Assembly: GCA_024679065.1 (NCBI GenBank)
Contig: JAGIQG010000005.1
Span: forward strand, 39,680,001-39,744,000
Length of the DNA stretch: 64,000 nucleotides
DNA from: Sphyrna mokarran
Taxonomy: Eukaryota
Reading direction: 5' to 3'
The notes under the pieces were generated by a model. It searched no databases and was not told the origin of the DNA. It was given only the letters and a program-made list of their open reading frames with translations. Each line of letters opens with the position of its first letter. The first letter of the stretch is position 1. A program made the position numbers and the translations under genes. This document shows positions 23,825 to 35,440 of this stretch, one piece after another.

Positions 23825-26038
23825 CCGAGGAAAAATCAGACCTCTTAGGGACAGAGGAGGGGAAGTGTGCTTAGAGCCCGAGAGAATGGCAGAGATCCTG
23901 AATGAATACTTTGCATCGGGATTCACAAAGAAGAGGGACTTGTTGACAGCTTCTGTCTCTGAGGGAGTTGTGGACCAGTTGAGGGAAATATTAACACCAA
24001 GGGAGGAAGTGTTAGAGCTTCTAGGTAGCATTAAAACTGATAAATCTCTGGGGCCTGATGGCATTTATCCCAGGCTGCTTAGGGAGGAGCGAGGTGAAAT
24101 TGCTGGGCCTCTGACGCAAATCTTTGTCTCTTCTTCGGACACGAGGTCCCAGAGGACTGGAGAATAGCTAATGTTGTACCATTGTTTAAAAAGGGTAGTA
24201 GGGATAACCCTGGAAATTATAGGCCGGTGAGTTTGACGTCAGTGGTAGGGAAGCAGTTGGAGGGGATTCTTAGAGATAGGATGTATAGGCACTTAGAGCG
24301 TTGCCATCTGATTAGGGATACGCAGCATGGATTTGTTAAAAGGGAGGTCATGCCTTACGAATCTGGTAGACTTTTTTGAGGAAGTGATGAAAACAGTCGA
24401 CGAAGGGCAAGCCGTTGATGTCATCTATATGGATTTCAGTAAGTCGTTTGACAAAGTCCCTCATGGGAGGTTAGTTGAAAAGGTCAAGGCTAATGCGATA
24501 CAAGGACAGGTAGCTAGATGGATAAGTAACTGGCTTGGTAATAGGAGACAGAGTAATAGTGGAAGGGTGTTTTTCTAGCTGGAGGTCGGTTCCTAGTGGT
24601 GTGCTGCAGGCTCATTACTGGGAACTCTTCTATTTGTAATGTATATAAATGACTTGGAAGAGGGAGTAAGTGGAGTGATCAGCATGTTTGCAGACGATAC
24701 AAAGATGGCTGGACTTGCTGATAGTGAGAAGCATTGTCAGGCGATGCAGCAGGACATAGGCTGGTAGCTTGGGCAGATAGAAGGCAGATGGAAATCAATC
24801 CTGATAAATGCAAAGTGATGCATTTCAGGAGAAAGAATGTGGGGGGAGGTATATAATAAGTCTATTCTTTATCAAGAGTACAGAAATGCAGAGGGATCTG
24901 GGGGTGTAGGTACACAAGTTTCTGAAGGTGGCAGAGCAGGTGGAGAAGGTTGTGAAGAAAGCATATGGTATGCTAGCCTTTATAGGAAGGGGTATAAAGT
25001 ACAAGTGCCGACCTTTAATATTGCAGTTGTATAAAACATTGGTTAGACCTCATCTGGAATACTGTGTCAAGTTCTGGTCGCCTTACTATTGGAAGGATAT
25101 GGAGACTCTGGAGAGAATGCAAAGGAGGTTTGCCAGGATGTTGCCTGGTAATGGAAGGTCTGAGTTACGAGGAAAGATTAGGCAAATTGGGGCTGTTTTC
25201 CTTAGAAAGATGTAGACTGGGAGGAAATCTAATAGAGGTATACAAGATTATGAGGGGTATAATTAGAGTAAACAGTGATAAGCTTTTTCCTAGATTGGAA
25301 TCAAATATCACGAGGGGTCACGGGCTTAGGGTGAGGGGGGTAAGGGATAATTTGGATGCTAGAGGGAGTTTTTTCACACAGTTGTGGGGGTATGGAACGC
25401 ACTGCCAAGTAAGGTGGTGGAGGCAGGCACTATGGAGTTATTTAAAAGATACTTAGATGGGCACATGAACAGAATGGGAATGGAGGGATATAGGAGATTG
25501 ATTTAAAATAGAGATCATGAGCCTTTGAGAGTTCCCTGGGAAGTGTGTAAATTGTCAATGATATTGATATATTTCGGTTTTATCCTACAGGTACTTCAGT
25601 CCGCCTTGTTGTCTAACAAGGGGCATACATGCAATGGGGCGTGAGAGGGCTGCTCTTGGATTTTGAGAGTATCCTAGTGCTTCACGTTGTTAGTGTACGC
25701 TTGACCTGGACCATTTGATGGGCAAAAGACAGCTCAGTGACTATCGCTGTGCTGTGCAGATACATGGATTTGGTCCTGTGTCTGTGTGAGTTTGTGCATT
25801 CTCCCCATGTTTGCGAGGGTTTTCTCCAGGTGCTCCAGTTTCCTCCCACATCCCAAACATGTGCTCTTAGGCTAATTGGCAGAACAAATTCTCCCTAAAT
25901 TGTCTCAAATTTGGTTTCAATCCATAGATCTATAAACATAGACAGGGATCATGGGTAGAAGTGGGAACATCGAGGTGGCAGCACGGGCTTGTTGGGCCGA
26001 AGGGCCTGTTTCCCGTGCTGTTTTGTTCTTTGTTCTTT
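23825..26038 (+). mobile_element. CR1 LINE (~2.2 kb, frameshifted ORF2) with a V-SINE-derived 3' end
   Basis: KSLGPDGIYPRLL, NYRPVSLTS, DVIYMDFSKSFDKVPH and LVRPHLEYC are present. The V-domain lies at ~25775-25905 and the tail is (ttctttg)n. Confidence 0.92.
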
Positions 26039-26194
26039 ATGCTGGAATTCAGATCAATAGCCACTGGCCACCTTCTGGGAGTTCAAAAAGTTGCTATTTT
26101 GCACACATTAGACCAAAAAGAGTACCAGGTAGACCTTTTGACTATATACCACATCAATGCAATGAGTGTTACCGTCATCAGACATTCAAATGGA

Positions 26195-26500
26195 GGTGCA
26201 TGGTGGCACAGTAGTTAGCATTGCTGCCTCACAACATCAGGAACTCAGGTTCAATTTCTGGCTTGGGTCTCACTCTGTGCACAATCTGCACGTTCTCCCC
26301 GTGCCTGCGTGGATTTCCTCCAGATGCTCCAGTTTTTCCCCCACAGTATGAAAGACATGCTAGTTAGATGCATTGGCCATGCTCAATTCTCCTTCAGTGT
26401 ACCTGATCATGCGCCAGAGTGTGGCAACTAGGGCGTTTTCACATTGCAATATTAATGTAAGCCTACTTGTGATATATATAAATAAACTTTAATAAATAAG
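26195..26500 (+). mobile_element. V-SINE with a non-CR1 tail (gtaagcctacttgtga...aataaact)
   Basis: The tRNA-like head ggtggcacagtagttagcattgctgcctcac and the V-domain are present, and the tail is shared with 60515-60765. Confidence 0.8.
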
Positions 26501-27399
26501 TAAACTTTAAACAAAAAACTTTAAGAATTTCACATTTTACAAGTGTAGTCATCAGCACTCAAGATTCCACTTGTGACTTACTTTTCGCCCTGCTTGCTTG
26601 GGCATTTCAAACCAATAGCAAGCCAACTACCAACCACTACACTGGCATTGATCCACTAATGCAGAATAAATCTAGGACTTTCTGATCTTTACAACTTAAT
26701 TCTACAATGGATAGTAAATGTATTCAGTCAATTATCAATTGGCAGGATGCTGTTTTTATGAAACATAATAAAACTTAGTTTAAATTTCAGACTAACCCAG
26801 CAACCTAATTTATTCACATTGATAAATTCATACTGTGTAAAACTGCATTTGGTGCAGTTAATTTTATTAAAAAAATTAAAACCTAATAAAACCTGAGAAA
26901 ACAATTTATACAACTTCCATGTAAAGAATTTTTTAAAAAGTGCTTTCTTGCAGCAACAAAACAATTCCAAAATTCAATAGGTACCTCAATCCAACTGAAA
27001 GTAAGTATCTCTAAATCCATGTATATAGATAGTCTATAATTAATGAACCTCAAATTACTCAGGGTGGACATTCTGTCCTCTTCTGTTACAGTTAAAACAG
27101 ATGGAAGGAGAACACTTATTCATCAAAAACTTTAAGGTTTCACAGTATCATTCAACTCCTGACAGTGTGACAGCCTTGATTCAGAAATGGACACAAGAGC
27201 TAAATGTCAACAGATAGTTAAGAGTAGTTGATCTTGAGCAAAGCAGCACTCAATTGTGTGTCATCTTGATGCCAAGTCAATGGGAGCTCTAAGGTCAATG
27301 TGTATGAAGATAATAATCCAGCAGATTAGAATAATATTCGGTGCAAATTTAAAATAACATTTTTAAAATGACTCAATTATGCTAAGCATTATTTTTATT

Positions 27400-27930
27400 G
27401 CAGCAATCACCTACCTCCAGCTCCACCCCAGGTCTTGACTTCAGCCCATTGCCATTAAACCTTCATATAAGCCTTTGACAGATTCAAACTTCATTATTCC
27501 AATGCTCTTGCAACCAGTCTTCATCTTCAAGTCACCACCACAAACTTGAATTCATCCAAACCTGAAGAACTCCATCCATGCTCACTGTTCTGCACTGGCC
27601 CACAAGTTCTTCAAAAAAATTAGAACTTGTATTCCTTTCTTTAAATGCCTCTCCATCCTTATGATGCCAAATGAACTCTTCATTTGCTAACTCCAATTTT
27701 CTGTGCATCTCTCTATCTCTAGCCACTAACAATTGCACTTGCAGTCACAAACATCCAACTGTAATTTTCTGTCCATTTCTCCCTACACTGGCCTCCTCCA
27801 AATCCACATCCTTGACCAAACTTTCAGTCAAACCCTGTTAAATGCTTCCTCTTTGGCTCATGACTCTAAAGCATTTTGAGATGTTTTTCTATGATAAATG
27901 GCACCATATAATTTAAAGTTGATGTTGCTC
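27400..27930 (+). mobile_element. Old L2-type LINE 3' fragment
   Basis: It shows degenerate similarity to 62170-62790, including the terminal aagttgatgttg. Confidence 0.5.
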
Positions 27931-29199
27931 AGCATTTAAGTACTGTTTTATCCTCTGTAAACAATTGGGAAACATTCTCAAGTTTAATCTACATTTAAAA
28001 CCATTAAACCCTTACGTAATTAAATAAGGCCATACTTCTTTGCAACAGATCTGATAAAGTAAAACTCTTGCATATTGTAAGACTAATATTGCCATTATGA
28101 GCTTAAACAATTATTGCAAATGATAAAAATGTAATTCACAAACAAAAATGAATGACTCCTCCAAATGTGAAAACCAGAAGATTATAAGAAAACATGGCCT
28201 GGATTTTTCTCTTGATTGTGTTGGTTTTCTTGGCACTATTGGTAGGGTTGCAAAAGATTGCAGAATTATGTGTGACTTGCATTCAGTGCAACTGAACCTT
28301 CAATGATCTTTCCCATTAGTTTTAAAAACATTGCACTATAACTAGGCCTTGATGTTGAACTGGTGATAGTCTCATGGTGAAGTGAACATCTTCAGAGTTT
28401 CTACAATTGTATTTGTTTGTAGATCTTCAAGGAGGGTCCAAAATTTATCTACAACTTACAGATAAAGGAGTTTAATCGGTATGTTACATTGAACACCACA
28501 GCACAAACAGGCCCTCCAGCCCACAAGTTGCGCTAATTATATCCATACCTACCAGGCCTATCTATAACTCTCAATCCCATTAAATCCCATGTATTCATCC
28601 AGAAATCTTAAAAGACCCCAGCAAGTTCACCTTTGTTCTAAATTATTTTGAATGATTAAAAATATACTGAGGCAATTAGTATGTTTAACAATTGTTCGTG
28701 GAATTTTATTGCCCATTCCTAATTGCCTTTGAGACAGTGATGGTGTGCTGCCTTCTTGAACCACTGCAGCCTATGTTTTGTGGGATACTCTATTAGAAAG
28801 TCAGTGCAGACTTGAGCAGATATCCTTTTCTGCACTGTAGGGATTCTATGAGCTGCAGGTATTTTCCCTGTTTTTTCTGGTTGGTGGGGGAAGAGTTGGA
28901 AAGAATCACCTCTCTTAATTTTCAGTCAGTGGCTATCCACTGGTCCCTAACTGAAAATGGATGGGGTAGAAATGCTCACATTAGAACAAAATCAAATTCA
29001 ATCACGATAGAAATTCATATTGGAAAAGCCCTTTCCAACAGTTGTGCATGAGGGACACCAAGGTGCTGGAGGAAAAAACTGCCAGGAAAAATCTTCAGCA
29101 GGTAATTCAAACGTTTTGGAGTAAGATTATAAAAGCTGAATGTGGAATGAACAGGATTATTGCACTGTCAAAGATTGCAAACGTGTGTTGTGCAGACAC

Positions 29200-29880
29200 C
29201 GAAAGATCAGGAATTACGGGAGGGGGGGGGGGGGGCGGGGGGGGGAGAGTTCACGCCGTTTATCGCTGTCACATTTCATTCTGGCCCTGGACGGTCACCT
29301 TTAGCTTTGCCCTTGCTCACAACAATCAAAGGCTTCCTCTATCCTGAGCCCTGACGTGGCACAAAAAAAAAACAACCAACACTCTCCTTGCACAGCCAAA
29401 GCAGCAGGACTGGAGCCTGGCCAGGAGCCTGGAGCCTCGCCTCGCCTGGCCTGGCCTGGCCTAGCCTGGTATGACCCGCCCCCCCCCTCCGGGGCCACAT
29501 CACAGTAAACTGCGAGGCCCCGGGAGACCGGCTGCCGGCAGGGAACAGGAGGGGGTTTCCAGGACGAGGGTGGGGAGGGTGCCTCCCTCCCGTCCCCAGT
29601 CGGGGCCGCTCCTTACCTCTCGCTAGTTGAAACGGACGCTGTAGAGGGCGGTGACAGTGCGCTGGACTGGGGATGGGAATGAGCTGCCGGGCACCATGAT
29701 CACTAACTCGGCTCCTTCTGCCTCTCCGCTCCGACTGGACCCAACAGCCCCTCCGCCCCCCACCCCCAACTTCGCCTGCTCCCATTGGCCCGCACGCTCA
29801 GCATTCCCAATGCTGATTGGACGGAGGTTTCCTAGCCCGCCCCCTCCCCTCTGTTTCCCTGTGTGCAGGAGGAGAGAACC
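29200..29880 (-). promoter_or_regulatory. IBTK: CpG-island promoter of IBTK
   Basis: There is a sharp GC/CpG enrichment, CCAAT boxes (ATTGG at 29784-29788 and 29816-29820, CCAAT at 29807-29811), a GC box at 29836-29843 and no TATA box. It lies upstream of IBTK on the minus strand. Confidence 0.8.
29617..29745 (-). other. IBTK: Putative IBTK non-coding exon 1 (TSS approximate)
   Basis: A consensus donor GAG|gtaagg at 29617/29616 lies just downstream of the CCAAT/GC boxes. Confidence 0.7.
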
Positions 29881-31645
29881 TGTCAGTCTGAGTGAGTCAG
29901 TCTGAATGTGTGTCTGTCTCAATCTGTCTGTCTGAATGTGAACATCTCAATCTATCAGTCTGAATGTGTGTCTGTCTGAATGTGAACATCTAAATCTGTC
30001 AGTCTGAATGTGTGTCTGTCTGAATTGAACATCTAATTGTCAGTCTGAATGTGTGTCTGTCTGTGTGAACATCCGAATGTGTCAGTCTGTCTGAATGTAT
30101 GTCTGTCTCATTCTATCAGTCTTAAATCTGTCAGTATCTCTGAATGTGTGTCTGCCTCAACCTGTCTGAATGTATCAGTTTGAATGTGTGTCTGTTTCCA
30201 TTGGTCAATCTGAATGTGTGTCTGTCCCAATCTGTCCGTCTGAATGTGTCAGTCTGTGTCAATCTGCCTCTGTGAATGTGTCAGTCTGAATGTGTGTCTC
30301 AATCTGTCAGGCTGAATGTGTCAGTCTGTCTGTGTGTCTATCTCAATTTGTCTGTCTCAATCTGTTTCAATTTGTCTGTCTTAGTGTAAGTCTGAATGTG
30401 TCAGTCTGTCTGAATGTGTGTCTGTCTCAATCTGACTGTCTGACTATGTCAGTCTGTCTAAATGTGTGTCTGTATCAATCTGTCTGTCTGAATGTCACTC
30501 TGTCTGAATGTCACCCTGTGTATGTATGTCTGTCTGAATGTGTCTGTCAGAATGTGTTTGTTTGAATGTGTTAGTCTGAATGTGTCAGTCTGAATGTGTT
30601 TCTGTCTGAATGTGTCAGTCTATTTGAATGTGTCTCTGTCTCAATCTGTCTGTCTAAATGAAAAGTTAGAGAGAGAGAGATAGTCAGAGAGCCAACCAAA
30701 CAGACAGACAGATAGTCAAACAGTAAGAGAGAGAGAGAGAGTGAAATTCAGGCACAGAACCAAACAACCAAACAGTCAGACATCCAGTCAAATAGAATGG
30801 ATAGACAGTCAAACAGTCAGATAGAGTTAATCGGTCAGTTAGACAGTGAAATGGACAGTCAGTCAGACTGAGTCAAACGCTCAGACAGTTATATAGAAAC
30901 AGTCAGTTAAGGAGAGAAACAAACATACAATCAAAGAGAGAGAGAGAAAAAAAATCAATCAGACAGATGGCCAGTCAAATAAACAGTCAGACAGCTAATC
31001 AACCCGACAGTCAAACACAGTTAGACAACATTGGTCGGGTAAACCAATTAAACATGTAGACATTCAGTTAGTCAGACACAGGAAAGAGTCATGTAGACCG
31101 TCAGTTAGACAGACAGTCAAACAGACAGTCAGATAGATAGACATCAAGTATCTATGACAATCGAGCAGATACTCAAAAAGTCAAACATATGTACAGAAAG
31201 TCAGACAGCTACTCAGATAGTCACCATGGAGACATTCAAACAGGCATGCATTCAAAAAGACATTCAAACACGCAAAAAATCTTTCAAACAGACATTCAAG
31301 TAGTCAGTCAGACAGAGGCAGGAAACAGTCAGCCAAGCTGTAAAATGCGGTCAGGCAGACAATCAATCAGTCAGTTAGGTAGACAGTCAGATAGATAGTC
31401 AAACCATCAAATAGGTAGCCAGTCAAGCAGATGTACAGATAACAAATATTCAGATAATCATCAGACAGACAGACACATTCAAACAGACAGGTGGGCTTTT
31501 AAGCATAGCAGACTTCCAAATAGACACAACTTTCAGACAGACTTTCAAACAGACAGACAGAGGCAGGAAACAGTCAGACACATAGCAAAATATAGTTAGG
31601 CAGACAGCCAGTCAGTTAAATTCCAGACAGTCAAATAGTCAGGCA
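29880..31645. repeat. Degenerate low-complexity satellite: TCTG/TGAATGTG-rich to ~30660, then CAGA/CAGT-rich
   Basis: Units such as gtctgaatgtgtgtctgt repeat, followed by cagacagtca units. The motif cagacagaggcaggaaacagtcag is duplicated at ~31310 and ~31554. Confidence 0.9.
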
Positions 31646-31679
31646 GACACCCACCTTTCGGCCTCCTTTTCCAAGCCAT

Positions 31680-32740
31680 TGATAAAAATCACAAATAGCA
31701 GAGGAACCAGCACTAACCCCTGTGGTACACCACTGGCCACTGAAAATTTTTACTTCACCACCACCCTCTGTCTTCTATGAGACAGCCAGTTACTTATCCA
31801 ATCGGCCAAATTCCCTTCTATCCCACACCTCCTTATTTTCTTCATGAGCCTACCATAAGGAATCTTATCAAATGCCTTACTATAATCCATGTATACAACA
31901 TCAACTGCTCTATCTTTGTCTACACACTTAGTTACCTCCTCAAAGAATTCAATCAAATTTGTGAAGCAAGACTTACCCCTCATGAAACTGTGCTGACTAT
32001 CCCGGATTAGGCTGCATCTTTCCAAATGATCATAAATCCTGTCCCTCAGGACCCTTTCCATTAACTTACGATCATCAAAATAGGACTAACTGGCCCATAA
32101 TTATCAGGGTCATTCCTATTTCCTTTCTTGAAGAGAGGAACAACATTCACCACTCTCCAATCCTCTGGCACAATCCCAATGGACAGTGAAGACCCAAAGA
32201 TCAAAGCTAAAGTCTCCGCAATCTTATCCTTTGCCTCCCAAAATATCCTAGAATGTATCCCATCTGGCCCTCAGATTTAGTGACCCTCAGGTTTTTCAGA
32301 ATTGCTAATATATCTTCCCTCAGAACATCTGTCTCCTCCATCCTATCAGCCTGTATCACACACTCATCCTCAAAAACATGGCCCCTCTCCTGAGTGAACA
32401 CTGAAGTAAAGTATTCTTTCAACGCTTCACCTATCCCTCCTGACTCCATGCACAAATTCCCACTACTATCCTTGTCTGGCTCTAACCTCACCCTGATCAT
32501 TGTTTTATTTCGCACATAAGAGTAAAAAGCATTGGGGTTTTCTTTTATCTGAACAGCCAAGGATTTTTCATGCTCCCTTCCAGCTCTCCTAAGCCCTTTT
32601 TTTTAACTCATTCTTTGTAACCCTCAAGCGACCTAACTGAACCTTGTTTTTTCATCCTAACATATGCTCATTTTTCCTCTCGACAAGACATTCAACTTCC
32701 TTTGTGAGCCATGGTTCCCTCACTTGGCTATTTCCTCCCT
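31680..32740 (-). mobile_element. CR1 LINE internal fragment
   Basis: IKENPNAFYSYV and SCFTNLIEFFEEVT...VDVVYMDYSKAFDKIP are present. Confidence 0.88.
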
Positions 32741-33085
32741 GCCTGAATTTTTAGTCTGGTGAGTATCAGACAAATCACAGACAGGATGGAAAAATTTAAA
32801 TCCTCAATCTTGGAAAGCAAGGTGGGAAGGAATGCCTCCTTCTTCTGATTGAGGCAGTTTCCTTTCAGGGACCAGACACCTCTAGACTTCCCTCCTCCCC
32901 ATCTAATCCAGAGATATCCCAATAACCTTGCCTTGTGATCACAACCCTCCCACCCCCCAAAGTTCTCTACCTTCTCTTTCCCAGAACTACTGTCCCTTTC
33001 CTGGCCTCCATATTTCAACACTTAGTCCTAGATACATTTGTACAGTGCCTCTTCCAGCCTCTGCAGTACTGTGCCTAGAGAACCA

Positions 33086-35440
33086 TTATTTAAAACAGTG
33101 AGCTCCAACATCTTTAAGCATGTGATTAGTTTTAGCATCAAAATGCAACACGAGATCTATTCTTAAACATTTGACTTTACTTAAAGTCCGCAGAATATCC
33201 TTATGCATAACATTCACATTTTCTTGGTGTGATACCTGTGCTTGCCCACTATCTGTGAGTGCTGTGAAGTCTGGGTCATAGTTTGAGATGGTCAGTCTCA
33301 CACAGTCCATTAGGTGGGCATTGGTGAGAAGTAAATATTTGGACTTGTTGATTTTCATCTGAGAAAAAGCCATTTCACAAAGGTCTGAGGAATCAAAGTA
33401 GGCCTTCACCTTGAGTGCACACAATGTCAGAAAACAATTTCTATCTCTGTTTACAAGTCCCCAAACTCTTTGTTCCTTGACCTAGCTTTTAGCTCCATGT
33501 CATTTTGTATGATAATTACTTGCATGTCAGGTCTATTGCTTTGTTCGAACATCTGTTGAAATTTTGTTGTCAGCTGCCAAAGTCCACTAGAAAAAAAGGA
33601 TTTGAGACAAACATAAATGATTTGTTCTATCTTGTCTAGAACCTGAAATCATCTGTTAAATTCATTTTCCAATTTGTTCGCGTGGCCACAGAATTTGTTT
33701 GGATGGATCCTTTTCTATTGGACCTGTTGTTGGATTTTTTCCAGATTTGGGAAATGCTCAGTAATTTAGTTCTTTATCTGGGAGGACCACAAACCCAGTT
33801 TCAACTTGAACACATTCACTGATCATGTGTGAAAAATCCCTCAGCCTCCCCTGCCATTTACAATTCAGCTCATTTAATTTTGCTCCAATGTCTATAAGAA
33901 ATGCCAAGTCTAGCAACCACACATTACGTGACAGCTCGCTGTATACCTCATTTCTTCATTTAAGAATTTTTATATATTCCGGGGAGCAGATCTAAAAATC
34001 TCTGGAGGACTTTTCCTCCACTTAACCACCCCACATTTCCATGAAGGATTAGCTCAACCTTGGTGACATCAAGCTCATCGTGTAACAATTTGAATAAGCG
34101 ATGTTTAAGATCTCTGGCATCAATTGAGTTGACTATCTCGATAACAACTATCATTGCGTGAGAAAAGTCAATAACCTTGCTTGCCAGCATTGTTAGTGGA
34201 TATCACAGTAATAATTGACAAAGGAGGGGAATTCAGGATCATTCTCACGGGAGCGACGGAGGTTGAGGGGAGACCTGATAGATGTCTACAATAGTATGAG
34301 AGGCGTGGATAGAATGGATAGTCAAAAGCTTTTTCCCAGAGTGGAAGAATCAATTACTAGGAGGCATAGGTTTAAGGTATGAGGGGCAAGGTTTAAAAGA
34401 GATGTATGAGGTAGATTTTTTACACAGAGAGTGGTGGGTGCCTGGAACTCGTTGTCCAGGGAGGGAGAGGAAGCGGATATGGTAATGACTTTTAAGGAGC
34501 ATCTTGACAAGTATATGAATGAGATGGGAATAGAGGGATATGGTTCCTGGAAGAGAAGGGGGTTTTAGTTAAATTGGGCAGCATATTCAGTGCAGGCTTG
34601 GAGGGCCAAAGGGCCTGTTCCTGTGCTGTAATTTTCTTTGTTCTTTGCTCTCTTTGTGCTTATTTCTGCAAAATGCAACAAAGCCTGCATTGATATCCAG
34701 TATGCACGATTAACTGTGACTGAAACCAACTTCTTGATTGAAATATTTTTTCAGTTATGTGTCTTTTAAATTTGTTGTTGCCATTCTAACCTCTTGTCCT
34801 CTCTTTGAGTGGCAAAAGAGTAAGGAAGTTCTCTTTTGTTGTAGCATCTTTGAATGCCATTTGAACAAAAGCAATCAGCTGGGCCATATCCATCACATCT
34901 ACTGACTCATCAAACTGCAGGGAGACACATTCATAACCTGATAAGTCTTGGTGTATTTGCTGAGACACATCCTCTGACAACAATTCCACTCTTCTGGCAA
35001 CTGTTAAAGCATTAAGCAGCACAGTCTTGATGGCTGTCATACTTTCATCTTTGTTTTAAAAAGTCTTTGGACAAAGTGTTGGCAGCAACTATCATAACCT
35101 CCTTGACAACTTTGCCATCCGTGAACGGTTTCTTATGTTCTGCCAGTGGATAGCTAATGCAAAAAGATGCCTCATTGCTAGTCTTGCCTTTAGCCAGATG
35201 CTTTGGAAAGAGTGATTGTGGAGCTTGCAACATTCCCTTTAACTCCCCAGCTTTCTTTCTCCAAATGGGAAGAGAGAAATTTAAAGGAAAATCTTCTTGA
35301 AATTTTCTTGCGCTGTCTTGTGATACTATTCCACGTGACCTCTTTTACTCAAGGCTACACTCTGTTGACAAATGAGACAAATGTCTTGCCTTTGACATAT
35401 GTAATAAGAAATTCATTTTCCCATTTCTAGTGGTGTAATG
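33086..35440 (-). mobile_element. Decayed hAT transposase (Charlie/SPIN, GTF2IRD2-like clade) interrupted by CR1
   Basis: SLQFDES...AQL...FLTLLPLKERTRG, IVNSI...HRLF...WLSGGKVLQRF and LCEMAFSQMKINKSKY (hAT dimerisation domain) are present with many stops and frameshifts. Confidence 0.88.
34212..34650 (+). mobile_element. CR1 3' fragment inserted in the hAT element
   Basis: cggaggttgaggggagacctgataga (RRLRGDLI) runs through to a (ttctttg)n tail. Confidence 0.85.

Noticed and set aside
29217-29245. Long G-runs (also ~13055-13085 and ~56655-56685) as G-quadruplexes
   Set aside because: Homopolymer G/C tracts are frequent throughout this window and error-prone, and there is no specific evidence of function.
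29301-29922. Several 65-148 aa ORFs in the CpG island
   Set aside because: This is GC-rich promoter sequence with few stops and no protein signature. Only the ATG-initiated uORF was kept.
30290-30565. Cys/Val/Ser-rich 91-aa ORF; array-like appearance of the region
   Set aside because: It is a translation of the TCTG satellite. There is no repeat-spacer structure, so it is not CRISPR-like.
33086-35440. Possible GTF2IRD2/ZBED-like host gene
   Set aside because: The frames are fragmented and interrupted by a CR1 insertion, so it is a hAT fossil.
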